Notes: generated by a model not told the origin, from the letters alone. Counted from the first letter of the stretch, positions 38,029 to 48,914 are shown. The stretch: DNA of 64,000 bases from Alphaproteobacteria bacterium (GCA_016124315.1 WGNW01000060.1:18615-82614); one strand, 5' to 3'. Made by a program: numbers and translations.

Positions 38029-39204
38029 ATGCCGGAGCCAATGGATCGCCCCGCGCCGAGCAAGCGAAACGGCAGCCGCCGCCGCGGCCTGGCCATTATC
38101 GGCGCAATCGTGCTGCTGGGGGCGATCGGCTATGCCGTCTACTGGTTCCTGTTCCTGGCCCACTACGAGAGCACCAACGACGCCTATGTGAGCGGCGACG
38201 TCCTGACCGTCACGCCGCTGGAGGACGGTACGGTGCAGGCGGTGCATGTGGACGATACCCAGCGGGTCAAGCGCGGCCAGCTGCTGGTGGAGCTGGACGA
38301 CGCGCGGCCGAAGATCGAGATGGAAGCGGCCCGGGCCAACCTGGCGCGTACGGTGCGCGACGTCCGCGCGACGTTCGCCAAGGCCGACGAGCTCAGGGCG
38401 CTGATCAAGCAGCGCCAGGTGCAGGTCGACCGCGCCCAGGCCGACTACAAGCGGCGCGCGGACCTGGGCGCCGACGGCGCGGTCGCCGGCGAGGACATCG
38501 CCCATGCCAAGGACGATCTGGCGGAGCTGAAGGCGCAGCTCGCGGTGGCCCGAGAGCAGCTCAACAGCACGCTGGCCCAGCTGGGCGGCACCGGCGTCGC
38601 CGACAATCCGCAGGTGCTGGCGGCGGCGAGCCGGGTGCGCGACGCCGCGCTCAGCCTGGCACACATGCGCATCATCGCGCCGGTCGACGGCACCGTCGCC
38701 CAGCGCTCGGTGGAGATCGGCCAGCACGTGAAGGCGGGCGAGCCGCTGATGGCGGTGGTGCCGCTGCAGTCCGTCTGGGTGGACGCCAACTTCAAGGAGG
38801 TCCAGCTCGCCGACATGCGGGTGGGGCAGCCGGTCGAGCTGGAATCCGACGTCTATGGCGGCGACGTGACGTTTCACGGCCGCGTGGCGGGCTTCTCGGC
38901 AGGCAGCGGCAGCGCGTTCGCGCTGCTGCCGCCGCAGAACGCCTCGGGCAACTGGATCAAGATCGTACAGCGGCTGCCGGTACGCATCGCCCTCGACCCG
39001 AAGGAGGTGGAGAAGCATCCGCTGCGCATCGGCCTTTCCATGAGCGCCAATGTCGACGTGGCCGACACGTCCGGGCCTGTCATCTCGGATCGGGTGCGCG
39101 ACGGCACGCCCGAAATAAAGCCGCGTGACGCGCTGGCGCCCGACGTGGAGGCAATGATCGCCGAGACCATCTCGGCCAACGCCGGCGACGGTCCGCACAA
39201 GTGA
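38029..39204 (+). CDS. emrA: EmrA-type membrane fusion protein
   Basis: ESTNDAYV, WVDANFKE, GSAFALLPPQNASGNWIKIVQRLPVRI. Confidence 0.93.
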   Translation: MPEPMDRPAPSKRNGSRRRGLAIIGAIVLLGAIGYAVYWFLFLAHYESTNDAYVSGDVLTVTPLEDGTVQAVHVDDTQRVKRGQLLVELDDARPKIEMEAARANLARTVRDVRATFAKADELRALIKQRQVQVDRAQADYKRRADLGADGAVAGEDIAHAKDDLAELKAQLAVAREQLNSTLAQLGGTGVADNPQVLAAASRVRDAALSLAHMRIIAPVDGTVAQRSVEIGQHVKAGEPLMAVVPLQSVWVDANFKEVQLADMRVGQPVELESDVYGGDVTFHGRVAGFSAGSGSAFALLPPQNASGNWIKIVQRLPVRIALDPKEVEKHPLRIGLSMSANVDVADTSGPVISDRVRDGTPEIKPRDALAPDVEAMIAETISANAGDGPHK

Positions 39205-40757
39205 GCACGCGGGCGCAAGCCGCGGCCGCGCCCCGACCGCTCGAGGGCAGCCGGCTGGCCGTGACGGCCATCGCGCTGGCGCTGGGCACCTTCATGCAGG
39301 TGCTGGACACCACCATCGCCAACGTCTCGGTGCCGACCATCGCCGGCGACCTGGGGGCGAGCGCCGACCAGGGGACCTGGGTGATCACCTCGTTCGCCGT
39401 GTCCAACGGCATCGCGGTGCCGCTGACCGGCTGGCTGATGGGCCGCTACGGCGCCGTCCGGGTGTTCGTCTCCTCGGTGCTGCTGTTCACCGTCGCGTCG
39501 CTGCTGTGCGGCATGGCCTGGACGCTGACCGGCCTGGTCGCCTTCCGGGTGCTGCAGGGCGCCGTGTCGGGGCCGCTGGTGCCCGGCTCCCAGGCGCTGC
39601 TGCTGCTGATCTTCCCGCCGGAGAAGCGAAGTACGGCGCTCGCGATCTGGTCCATGACCACGCTGATCGCGCCCATCTTCGGGCCCATCCTGGGCGGCAT
39701 CATCTCCGACAACTACCACTGGGCCTGGATCTTCTTCATCAACGTGCCGGTGGGGCTGGCATGCGCGGCCATCGTGTGGACCAACCTGTCGGGCTTCCAG
39801 ACGCCGACCCGCAAGCTGCCCATCGACAGGGTGGGGCTGGTGATGCTGGTGATCTGGGTCGGCGCGCTGCAGGTCATGCTCGACACCGGCAAGAACGCCG
39901 ACTGGTTCTCGTCGACCTACATCGTTGCGCTGGCGCTCATCTCGATCATCGCCTGCGCCGTCTGGGTGGTCTGGGAGAGCACGGACGAGCATCCCATCGT
40001 CGACATCCACCTGTTCAAGGAACGCAACTTCACCCTGGGCACCATCGCTTTCTGCCTGGGATACGCGCTGTTCTTTTCCAACATCGTCATCCTGCCGCTG
40101 TGGCTGCAGACCCAGGAGGGCTACAACGCCACCTATGCGGGGCTCGTGGCGGCACCCAGCGGCGTGGTGGCGCTCGTCCTGACGCCGTTGGCCACGCGGC
40201 TGATGAACCGGATCGACATGCGCTGGGCGGCGTCCTTCGCCTTCGGCGTGTTCGCCGTCTCGTTCTTCATGCGGTCGAACTACACGTCGGATGCGAGCTT
40301 CTTCGACTTCGCCCTGCCGCTCATCATCCAGGGCGTGGCGCTGAGCACCTTCATGGTGTCCATGGTGACCATCGCGATCCACGGGCTGCTGCCCGACAAG
40401 ATCCCGTCGGCGTCCGGCATCATGAACTTCTTCCGCATCACCGGCGGCGGTTTCGCCGCCTCCATCGCCACCACGGTCTGGGACCGACGCGAGGCCCTGC
40501 ACCAGAGTCGGCTCGCGGAAACGTCGAGCCGGTTCGATCCGACGGCCAAGGCGGCGCTGTCCCATCTGCATAACCTCGGGATGAACGACGGCCAGGCGGT
40601 GGGGGCGCTGGCCCACGAGCTGGTGCGGCAGGCCTATCTGCTGGCGTCCACAGACATTTTCTGGATTTCGGGCTGGGGCAGCCTGGTGATGATGGCGCTG
40701 ATCTGGCTGGCCCGAAAGCCGGCCGGCCATGGCGCGGCTCCGCCGGGCGGCGACTGA
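39201..40757 (+). CDS. emrB: DHA2 MFS efflux permease
   Basis: FMQVLDTTIANV, GTWVITSF, APIFGPILGG, WIFFINVP; GTGA overlap. Confidence 0.94.
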   Translation: MSTRAQAAAAPRPLEGSRLAVTAIALALGTFMQVLDTTIANVSVPTIAGDLGASADQGTWVITSFAVSNGIAVPLTGWLMGRYGAVRVFVSSVLLFTVASLLCGMAWTLTGLVAFRVLQGAVSGPLVPGSQALLLLIFPPEKRSTALAIWSMTTLIAPIFGPILGGIISDNYHWAWIFFINVPVGLACAAIVWTNLSGFQTPTRKLPIDRVGLVMLVIWVGALQVMLDTGKNADWFSSTYIVALALISIIACAVWVVWESTDEHPIVDIHLFKERNFTLGTIAFCLGYALFFSNIVILPLWLQTQEGYNATYAGLVAAPSGVVALVLTPLATRLMNRIDMRWAASFAFGVFAVSFFMRSNYTSDASFFDFALPLIIQGVALSTFMVSMVTIAIHGLLPDKIPSASGIMNFFRITGGGFAASIATTVWDRREALHQSRLAETSSRFDPTAKAALSHLHNLGMNDGQAVGALAHELVRQAYLLASTDIFWISGWGSLVMMALIWLARKPAGHGAAPPGGD

Positions 40758-40775
40758 CCGCACGCCGCACTTGTT

Positions 40776-40792
40776 TTATACCGTGATATAAT
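40776..40792. promoter_or_regulatory. Operator-like palindrome overlapping a TATAAT
   Basis: TTATA-CCGTGA-TATAA in an AT-rich island upstream of Rieske gene 2. Confidence 0.5.
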
Positions 40793-40894
40793 AATCAGCT
40801 TGTTGGCACCCCGGGTTAGTGCTACCTTCTAGACTGCACGACGGCGTCGACTCGCCGGCGGGTATCGCTGTTCCAGCACGGGGAGACAGGTTCG

Positions 40895-42280
40895 ATGAAC
40901 ATCCAGGCCAAAAGCGAAATTCCGTCCTGTCCGGACGCGCCGTCCTTCCAGGAGATCATGCGCAGCACGGGGGGCAGGGTGAACGACGTGCTCACCCGCC
41001 GGTCGAACCCGCCGCAGAGCCGCGAGGACATTCCGTTCCACCAGTACATCAGCCAGGACTACTTCGACCTGGAGATGGAGAAGATGTGGCGCAAGGTCTG
41101 GCAGTATGTCTGCCGGGACGACCAGGTCGCCGAACCGGGCGATTATCTGGTCTACGACATCGGCCGCCGTTCGGTCGTCGTCGTGCGGGGCGACGACGGC
41201 AAGCTGAAGGCCTACCACAACTCGTGCCTGCACCGCGGCACCAAGCTGAAGCCGTCGGGGACGTCCGGCTGGTCGGAGAAGCTGCAGTGCCCGTACCACG
41301 GTTGGACCTGGAACCTGGACGGCACCCTTAACGAAGTGCCCTGCTCCTGGGATTTCCCGCACCTCGACTACGAAGCCAACCGGCTGCCCGAGGTGCAGGT
41401 CGACGTGTGGAACAGCCTGGTGTTCATCAACATGGACAAGGAGGCGCCGCCGCTCCTCGAGTATCTCGGCGTCCTGCCGGAGCATTTCGAGAACTGGCCG
41501 TGGGACGACTGGTACCTGTTCATGCACCTGGAGAAGGAGCTGTTCTGCAACTGGAAGACGGCGCAGGAAGCCTTCATGGAGGCCTATCACACGCCGCTGG
41601 TGCATCCGGAGCTGACCCAGGTGGTGGGCGACTGGAACATGCAGCACGACGTGTTCGACGATCACGTTACCCGCGACCTGTGCGCGCTCGCGGTGCCGAG
41701 CCCGGCGGCGAAGAAGAGCATCTCCGAGCAGGAGCGCATCGACCGGGTGCTGCTGGGCGGCCGTTCCACCGACGGCAAGACGGTGCAACTCGTCGACGGC
41801 CAGACGGCGCGCGACGCCATGGCGAAGCAGGTGCGCGCCGGCCTGGAAACCCAGTACGGCATGGACACGGAAGGCTACAGCGACGCCGAGCTGATCGATT
41901 CCATCAAGTACAACCTGTTCCCCAACATCTTCATCTACACCGGCCTCGCCATGCGCTCCATCCACCGGATCAAGCCGATCGGCAACGATCCGAACCGCTG
42001 CACCTTCGAAGTGCTGATGATGCGGCCGGTGCCGAAGGGCCAGCCGCGTCCCGACCCGGCGCAGCCGGTCCGCATTCCCGAGGAGATGTCGTACAAGGAC
42101 GTGCCGGAACTGGCGGCGTTCCCGCTGTCGGCCATCACCTTCGATCAGGACACCGGCAATTTGCGGGCGCAGCACGAGGGCATGATGGCCAGCGAGAAGG
42201 GGGCGGAGACGCTGTCCGTCTACCAGGAATGCCGCATCCGGGCGTTCCACGACACGCTGGAAAAGTACGTCAACAAATAG
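40895..42280 (+). CDS. Rieske oxygenase alpha subunit (2)
   Basis: CLHRG...CPYHGW; NWKTAQEAFMEAYHTPLVH; YNLFPN; DQD. Confidence 0.94.
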   Translation: MNIQAKSEIPSCPDAPSFQEIMRSTGGRVNDVLTRRSNPPQSREDIPFHQYISQDYFDLEMEKMWRKVWQYVCRDDQVAEPGDYLVYDIGRRSVVVVRGDDGKLKAYHNSCLHRGTKLKPSGTSGWSEKLQCPYHGWTWNLDGTLNEVPCSWDFPHLDYEANRLPEVQVDVWNSLVFINMDKEAPPLLEYLGVLPEHFENWPWDDWYLFMHLEKELFCNWKTAQEAFMEAYHTPLVHPELTQVVGDWNMQHDVFDDHVTRDLCALAVPSPAAKKSISEQERIDRVLLGGRSTDGKTVQLVDGQTARDAMAKQVRAGLETQYGMDTEGYSDAELIDSIKYNLFPNIFIYTGLAMRSIHRIKPIGNDPNRCTFEVLMMRPVPKGQPRPDPAQPVRIPEEMSYKDVPELAAFPLSAITFDQDTGNLRAQHEGMMASEKGAETLSVYQECRIRAFHDTLEKYVNK

Positions 42281-42320
42281 CCGCGCCGAGGCGGCCATCC
42301 ACTCGATGTAAGGCGGCAGC

Positions 42321-42953
42321 CTACGCCCGGTAGTGGGCGAGGAACATGGCGACCGCCTGTTCCGCCTCGCGCCGGTTGGGCGCGGCGCCGTCGCTGCACG
42401 CGCAGATCGCCCGCATGTGCAGGTCGTGCAGCACGAGGCTGATGAACTGCCGGGCCGCGAGACCCGGATCGGGCACGCGGAGCAGGCCCTGACGGTCCCA
42501 CTCGGCCAGCAGCGACGCGTACCGGTCGACGAAGGTCATGTGCACCTTTTCGAAGAACCGCTGGCCGAATTCGGGGGAGCGCAGGCTCTGCCCGATCACG
42601 AAGCGCATGAAGCGGGTCATGTCGGGCGCCGCGAGGTATTCCTGCGTGCCCATGGCCACCTCGAGCAGCACGTCCTCGGGGGCGCCGCCACGGCCGATCA
42701 GGGTTTCCAGCTTCTGCACGTCCCGGTCGAACTGGGAACGGATGACGGCCTTCAGCAGGCCGCGCTTGTTGCCGAACAGGCCGTAAAGAGTGCTGAGCGA
42801 GCCTCCCGAACGGGCCACCACATCCGACAGGCTGACGGCGTCGTATCCCTTGTCGAGAAACAGGTTCCGGGCGGCTTCCAGCATGGCGTCGCGCCGGCGT
42901 TCGCGCCGCGCGTCGCCGCCCGTCGGGCAGCCGCTATCATGTTGCTTCGTCAT
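42321..42953 (-). CDS. TetR/AcrR family regulator
   Basis: AARNLFLDKGY..VSL.DVV..SGGSLSTLYGLFGNK; divergent from the RND operon. Confidence 0.92.
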   Translation of the reverse strand: MTKQHDSGCPTGGDARRERRRDAMLEAARNLFLDKGYDAVSLSDVVARSGGSLSTLYGLFGNKRGLLKAVIRSQFDRDVQKLETLIGRGGAPEDVLLEVAMGTQEYLAAPDMTRFMRFVIGQSLRSPEFGQRFFEKVHMTFVDRYASLLAEWDRQGLLRVPDPGLAARQFISLVLHDLHMRAICACSDGAAPNRREAEQAVAMFLAHYRA

Positions 42954-42987
42954 GGCTGATCGCCGCCAAAAAACATCCGGGTCCACA

Positions 42988-43016
42988 TTGACACAATCTG
43001 TAACCAACATTACACA
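42988..43016 (+). promoter_or_regulatory. RND operon promoter with probable TetR operator
   Basis: TTGACA at 42988 plus TGTAA-N6-TTACA palindrome at 42999-43014. Confidence 0.65.
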
Positions 43017-43150
43017 TATCGCAGGTGCGAAGAAACATCGAGTCTCAACACCGTTTCAGTTCATCAGCCCACGCCATTGACCCGGCCGCCGATCTTCACA
43101 GTTCTAAGATCGTGCCGCCGTTGCGGCGTTATTGGTGCCAGGAGAAGCAT

Positions 43151-44323
43151 GTGATCGACCGGGCGAGAAAGGGCCGGATCGCCGCGGCAGCCGTCGTTGT
43201 TTCCATGCTGGTAGCGGCGTGCGGCGACAAGGCGCAACAGCCGCCGCCGCCGCCGGCGGTGAGCGTGTACACCGTGCACTACCAGGACGTGCCGCGGGTG
43301 GTGGAACTGCCAGGCCGCGTGCAGGCCATCCGCACGGCGGAAGTGCGGGCGCGAGTGGACGGAATCATCGAGCGGCGCCTGTACGAGGAGGGCAGCGACG
43401 TCAAGCAGGGCGCTCCGCTGTTCCGGATCGATCCCCGCGAGATGCAGGCGAACTACGGGGCCGCCAAGGCCGCGCTCAGCAGGGCGGAGGCGTCGGCGAA
43501 GAACGCCCAGCAGGTGGTGGACCGCTATCGACCGCTGGTGGACCGGGAGGCGATCAGCCGCCAGGAATACGACGCCGCCGTCGCCGCCGCCGCCCAGGCC
43601 CAGGCCGACGTGTCGTCGGCGCAGTCGCAGGTGGACCGGGCCAAGCTCGATCTCGACTACACCACGGTCACCGCGCCGATCTCCGGCCGCGCCGGCCGGG
43701 CCCAGGTGACCGAGGGCGCGCTCGTCAAGGCCTCGGAAGGCACGCTGCTGACCACCATCGAGCAGCTCAACCCGATCTATGTGAACTTCAGCCAGTCCAG
43801 CAACGAACTGCTGAAGCTGCGGCGCGACATCGAGGAGGGCAAGGTGAAGGCGCTGCCCCTCGATCGCATCGAGGTGACGCTGATCCTGGAAGACGGCAGC
43901 ACCTACAACCATGTGGGGCACCTCAACTTCCTCGACATGTCGGTGGACTCGTCGACGGGATCGGTGTCGCTGCGGGCCGAGTTCCCCAATCCGGACCGCT
44001 TGCTGCTGCCCGGCCAGTTCGTGCGCGCACGGGTTCAGGGCAGCGTCATCAAGAACGGGATCATGGTGCCGCAGCGGGCGGTGCAGGTGAAACCGGAAGG
44101 CGCCTCGGTGATGCTGGTGGACGACAAGAACATCGTTCGCAGCCGGGAGGTGACCCTGGGCAATCTCCAGGGCTCGTTCTGGTCCATCGCATCGGGACTC
44201 CAGCCGGGCGACAGGGTGATTACCGACGGGCTGCAGCACATCCGCCCCGGGTCACCGGTGCGCATCGACAAGGCGCCGCCCAAGGAACAGCCGGGGGCAG
44301 GCCAGCCACCGGCCAAACCCTGA
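43151..44323 (+). CDS. RND periplasmic adaptor (AcrA/MexA family) lipoprotein
   Basis: GTG after ggagaag; lipobox VAAC; AEVRARVDGI, APISGR, FPNPD..LLPG. Confidence 0.93.
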   Translation: MIDRARKGRIAAAAVVVSMLVAACGDKAQQPPPPPAVSVYTVHYQDVPRVVELPGRVQAIRTAEVRARVDGIIERRLYEEGSDVKQGAPLFRIDPREMQANYGAAKAALSRAEASAKNAQQVVDRYRPLVDREAISRQEYDAAVAAAAQAQADVSSAQSQVDRAKLDLDYTTVTAPISGRAGRAQVTEGALVKASEGTLLTTIEQLNPIYVNFSQSSNELLKLRRDIEEGKVKALPLDRIEVTLILEDGSTYNHVGHLNFLDMSVDSSTGSVSLRAEFPNPDRLLLPGQFVRARVQGSVIKNGIMVPQRAVQVKPEGASVMLVDDKNIVRSREVTLGNLQGSFWSIASGLQPGDRVITDGLQHIRPGSPVRIDKAPPKEQPGAGQPPAKP

Positions 44324-44347
44324 CGGCGGCGATCGGGTAGCGGACGC

Positions 44348-47300
44348 ATGCCACGTTTTTTCATCGATCGGCCGATCTTCGCCTGGGTCATCGCCCTTGG
44401 CGTCCTCGTGGGCGGCATCGTCGCCCTGCGTTCCCTGCCGATCGAGCAATACCCTTCCATCGCGCCGCCGTCGCTGACGATCAGCACCAGCTATCCCGGC
44501 GCCGACGCCTCGACGCTCGAGAAGAACGTCACCTCGGTGATCGAACAGGAACTGAACGGCGTCCGTGGATTCCTTTACATGTCGTCCTCCAGCCAGTCGG
44601 ACGGATCGGCGTCGATCACCGTCACCTTCCGCTCGGGGACGGACATCGACGCGGCGCAGATGGAGGTGCAGAACCGGCTGAGCAGCGTCGAGTCGCGCCT
44701 GCCCGAGGAGGTGCGCCAGCAGGGCATCCAGGTCCGCCAGGCCAGCAGCGGCTTCCTGATGGTGCTGGCGCTCACTTCGCCCGGCAACGAAATGAGCGGG
44801 ATGGAGATGAGCAACTACGCCTCCAACCGGCTGATGGACGAGTTGCGCCGGGTGCCGGGCGTCGGCGACATCAGGCTGTTCGGCTCGCCATACGCCATGC
44901 GCATCTGGCTCGATCCGGAGAAGCTGGCGGGCTACCACATGTCGGCGGCCGACGCGCTGGCGGCGGTGCGCGAGCAGAACAGCCAGACGGCGGGCGGCCA
45001 GATCGGCGACCAGCCGACCGTGCCGGGCACCGAGCTCAACGCGGTGGTGGTCACCCAGAACCGGTTCACCAATCCGGAGCAGTTCGGCGCCATCATTCTC
45101 CGCGCCAATCCGGACGGCTCGACCATCAGGCTGCGGGACGTCGCGCGGGTCGAGCTGGGAGCGCAGAACTACGTCAGCCACGCGACGCTGAACGGCCGCG
45201 AGATGGCCGGCATGGCGGTGCAGCTTCAGACCGGCGCCAACGCGCTCGCGACGGCCAAGGGCGTCAAGCAGCGCATGGCGGAACTCGCCAAGGACTTCCC
45301 CAACGACATGACCTGGACGGTGCCCTACGACACCTCGCCGTTCATCCAGATCTCGGTGCACGAGGTGGCCAAGACGCTGATCGAGGCGTTCATCCTGGTG
45401 TTCCTGGTCATGTACCTGTTCCTGCAGAACTTCCGGGCGACGATCATCCCGACCATCGTAGTGCCGGTGGCGCTGGCCGGCGGCTGCCTGGGGCTGGCGC
45501 TGTTCGGGTTCTCCATCAACGTGCTCACCCTGTTCGCCATGGTGCTGGCGATCGGCATCCTGGTGGACGATGCCATCGTGGTGATCGAGAACGTGGAACG
45601 CCTGATGCGCGAGGAGCGGCTGGCGCCGCGCGACGCGACGATCAAGGCGATGGGACAGATCACCGGGGCGCTGATCGGCATCACGCTCGTGCTGGTCGCC
45701 GTGTTCATTCCCATGGCGTTCTTTCCGGGCTCGACGGGTGGCATCTACCGCCAGTTCTCGGTGACGCTGGCGGTCTCAATGGCGTTCTCGGCGCTGATGG
45801 CGCTGTCGCTGACGCCGGCGCTGTGCGCCTCGCTGCTCAAGCCGCACAAGGTCGGCGACCGTCGCTCCGGCCCGCTGGGACCGTTCTTCGGACGGTTCAA
45901 CACGTTCTTCGAGCGGTCGACGCTTCGCTACGAGCGGACGGTCGGCAAGATGATCGCCCGGCCGGTCCGCTTCCTCGCGGTGTTCCTCGTCGTGGTGGCG
46001 CTGGTGGTGGTGGCCTTCGTCAACATGCCGTCGAGCTTCATCCCCGAGGAAGACCAGGGCTTCGTGATGGGCATCGTCCAGGCGCCGCCGGGCGCCACCT
46101 TCGAACGGCTCGAGGAGGCCGTCGACGGCGCACAGAAGTTCCTGCGCGCCCAGCCGGAGGTGAAGAGCGTCACCGTGATCCGCGGTTTCAGCTTCTTCGG
46201 CAACGGGCAGAACGCGGCGATGATGTTCATCTCGCTGAATCCCTGGAGCGACCGGACGGCGGCGAAGAGCAAGGCCGACGCGCTGGTCATGCGGTTCATG
46301 GGCGGACTGCAGCAGGTCAAGGGAGCGCAGATCTTCATATTGAACCCGCCGCCCATCCGCGAGCTGGGCAACGCCAGCGGCTTCAGCTACCGGCTGGAGG
46401 ACCGCAGCGGGCACACCTACGCCGAACTCCTGGCGGCCCGGAACCAGCTCCTCGGGATGGCGTCGCAGAGCAAGGTGCTGACCGGCGTCCGGTCGGAGGG
46501 GATGGAAGACGCGCCCCAGCTCAAGGTGCTGGTGGACCGGGTGAAGGCGCGGGCGCTGGGCCTGCAGATCAGCGACATCAACAACACCCTGTCGATCGCC
46601 TTCGGATCGGCCTATGCCAACGACTTCAACTACCAGGGCCGGGTGCTTCGGGTGCTGCTCCAGGCCGAGGCGTCGGCGCGGATGACGCCCGACGACATCC
46701 TCTCACTCAGGGTGCGTAACGACAAGGACGAGATGGTGCCGTTCTCCGCCTTCACCACGGCGGAATGGACGGCGGGGCCGCCGCAGCTGCAGCGCTACAA
46801 CGGCTATCCGTCCATGAACATCTCCGGCAGCGCGGCGCCCGGATATTCCACCGGCGACGCCATGGTCGAGATGGCGAGGCTGTCGGAGAAGCTGCCGTCC
46901 GGCTTCGGCTACGAATGGACGGGCATCTCCTACGAGGAACAGCAGTCGCGAGGACAGGTGACGGCGCTGCTGGGGCTTTCCCTGCTGGTCGTGTTCATGG
47001 TGCTGGCGGCGCTCTACGAGAGCTGGGCGATCCCGGTGGCGGTGATGCTGATCGTGCCGCTCGGCGTGCTCGGGGCGCTGCTGCTGACGTGGCTGCGGGG
47101 ATTGCCGGTCGACGTCTATTTCAACGTCGGGATGATCACCATCATCGGCCTGGCGGCGAAGAACGCCATCCTGATCGTCGAATTCGCCAAGGACCTCGAG
47201 GCGGACGGCAAGGGCGTGATCGAGGCGACCCTGGAGGCCGTGCGGCTGCGGCTGCGGCCGATCATCATGACCTCGCTCGCGTTCATGCTCGGCGTGCTGC

Positions 47301-47494
47301 CGCTCGCCGTCTCGACCGGGGCCGGCTCGGCCAGCCGCATCGCGGTGGGCACGGGCGTGGTGGGCGGCATGCTGGCCGCAACCGCGCTCGGTATCTTCTT
47401 CGTTCCGGTGTTCTACCTGTCGGTGCGGCGCTGGCTGTCGCGCAAGAAGCCGCACGATCCCGGGGCGCCGGCAGCGGAGACGGGCCATGACTGA
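44348..47494 (+). CDS. RND permease (AcrB/MexB family)
   Basis: FFIDRPIFAWV, GILVDDAIVV.ENVER, KNAILIVEF, RLRPIIMTS. Confidence 0.97.
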   Translation: MPRFFIDRPIFAWVIALGVLVGGIVALRSLPIEQYPSIAPPSLTISTSYPGADASTLEKNVTSVIEQELNGVRGFLYMSSSSQSDGSASITVTFRSGTDIDAAQMEVQNRLSSVESRLPEEVRQQGIQVRQASSGFLMVLALTSPGNEMSGMEMSNYASNRLMDELRRVPGVGDIRLFGSPYAMRIWLDPEKLAGYHMSAADALAAVREQNSQTAGGQIGDQPTVPGTELNAVVVTQNRFTNPEQFGAIILRANPDGSTIRLRDVARVELGAQNYVSHATLNGREMAGMAVQLQTGANALATAKGVKQRMAELAKDFPNDMTWTVPYDTSPFIQISVHEVAKTLIEAFILVFLVMYLFLQNFRATIIPTIVVPVALAGGCLGLALFGFSINVLTLFAMVLAIGILVDDAIVVIENVERLMREERLAPRDATIKAMGQITGALIGITLVLVAVFIPMAFFPGSTGGIYRQFSVTLAVSMAFSALMALSLTPALCASLLKPHKVGDRRSGPLGPFFGRFNTFFERSTLRYERTVGKMIARPVRFLAVFLVVVALVVVAFVNMPSSFIPEEDQGFVMGIVQAPPGATFERLEEAVDGAQKFLRAQPEVKSVTVIRGFSFFGNGQNAAMMFISLNPWSDRTAAKSKADALVMRFMGGLQQVKGAQIFILNPPPIRELGNASGFSYRLEDRSGHTYAELLAARNQLLGMASQSKVLTGVRSEGMEDAPQLKVLVDRVKARALGLQISDINNTLSIAFGSAYANDFNYQGRVLRVLLQAEASARMTPDDILSLRVRNDKDEMVPFSAFTTAEWTAGPPQLQRYNGYPSMNISGSAAPGYSTGDAMVEMARLSEKLPSGFGYEWTGISYEEQQSRGQVTALLGLSLLVVFMVLAALYESWAIPVAVMLIVPLGVLGALLLTWLRGLPVDVYFNVGMITIIGLAAKNAILIVEFAKDLEADGKGVIEATLEAVRLRLRPIIMTSLAFMLGVLPLAVSTGAGSASRIAVGTGVVGGMLAATALGIFFVPVFYLSVRRWLSRKKPHDPGAPAAETGHD

Positions 47495-48911
47495 GGGCCT
47501 TTGCCGGCGGGCGGCGAGCTGGCTGCTTATCGCAGCGCTGACCGGTTGCACCATGGCGCCGACCTACCACCGGCCGGACCTGCCGACGGCCAGCGTCTAT
47601 CCCGCCGAAGGCCAGCCTGGCCAGGGATCGGTGAAGGCGACCACGCTTGGCTGGCGCAGCTTCTTCCAGGACCCGCGGCTCAAGGCGCTGATCGCCGCCG
47701 CGCTGCGCAACAACCGGGACCTAAAGGCGGCGGTCGCCCGGATCGAGGAAGCGCGGGGGCAATACCGTGTCCAGCGGGCCGACCTGCTGCCCGAGGTCGA
47801 CGCGACCGGCTCGGCGGTCAAGAGCCACGGCCAGAGCAGCTACGGAGCCGGTACGGGCACGGGCGCCGGGGCGACCACGCTGACCCGCTACGAGGCCGGT
47901 GCGTCGGTGACGAACTTCGAGCTCGACTTCTGGGGCCGGGTGCGCAGCCTGAGCAAGGCGGCGCGGCTGAACTACCTGGCCACGGTGGAAGCCGAGCGCG
48001 CGTTCCGGATCAGCCTCATCGCCGACGTGGCGAGCGCCTACCTGTCGCTGCAGGCGGCCGACGAGCGCATCTCCCGGGCCGAAGCCACGGTGGAGAGCCG
48101 CAAGCAGGGCCTCGATATCGCCGAATTGCGGCGCAAGGCCGGCGTCACCTCGGCGCTCGACTACCGGCAGGCCGAGACTCTGCTGACCCAGGCGCAGACC
48201 GAACTGGCCTCGCTGCGGCGCAGCCGCGCCACCCTGGCCAACCAGCTGGACGTGCTGGTGGGAGGGCCGATCGGGGCGCCGCTGCCCAACGGGCTGCCGC
48301 TGGCCAAGCAGGGGCTGACGGGGGAGCTGGGGGCGGGGCTGCCCTCCGACCTGCTGCTCAACCGGCCCGACATCATGGAGGCCGAGGACCAGCTGCGCGC
48401 CGCGAATGCCAATATCGGCGCGGCGCGGGCGGCGTTCTTCCCGCGCATCACGCTGACGGGCTCGGCCGGCTACCAGTCGACCGAGCTGGCACAGGGCGTG
48501 GGCACGGACGGGCTCACCTGGAGCCTGGGGCCGGCCTCGGCGACGCTGCCGATCTTCGATTTCGGGCGCAACCAGGGGAACCTGGACGCGGCCAAGGCCC
48601 GCAAGACCATCGCCGTTGCCGACTACGAGAAGGCGATCCAGGACGCGTTCCGCGAGGTGGCGGACGCACTCGCCGCGCGGCGCTACCTGGCGGATCAGGT
48701 CGAGGCGCAGGAGCGGGCGCTGGCGGCGCAGCGGGAAAGCGCGGAACTGGCGCAGCTGCGCTACCGCAACGGCGTGTCCAGCTATCTCGAGGTGCTGGAC
48801 GCGGAGCGCAACCTGTTCGATGCGGAACAGTCGCTGGTGGAGGATCGGCGCAGCCAGCTCGACAATCTGGTTACCCTTTACGTCGCCCTCGGCGGTGGAT
48901 TGACGGAGTAG
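47487..48911 (+). CDS. OprM-like outer membrane efflux lipoprotein
   Basis: Lipobox LTGC; FELDFWG, LL.RPDI, ANANIGAARAAFFP, LYVALGGG. Confidence 0.94.
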   Translation: MTEGLCRRAASWLLIAALTGCTMAPTYHRPDLPTASVYPAEGQPGQGSVKATTLGWRSFFQDPRLKALIAAALRNNRDLKAAVARIEEARGQYRVQRADLLPEVDATGSAVKSHGQSSYGAGTGTGAGATTLTRYEAGASVTNFELDFWGRVRSLSKAARLNYLATVEAERAFRISLIADVASAYLSLQAADERISRAEATVESRKQGLDIAELRRKAGVTSALDYRQAETLLTQAQTELASLRRSRATLANQLDVLVGGPIGAPLPNGLPLAKQGLTGELGAGLPSDLLLNRPDIMEAEDQLRAANANIGAARAAFFPRITLTGSAGYQSTELAQGVGTDGLTWSLGPASATLPIFDFGRNQGNLDAAKARKTIAVADYEKAIQDAFREVADALAARRYLADQVEAQERALAAQRESAELAQLRYRNGVSSYLEVLDAERNLFDAEQSLVEDRRSQLDNLVTLYVALGGGLTE

Positions 48912-48914
48912 CCG

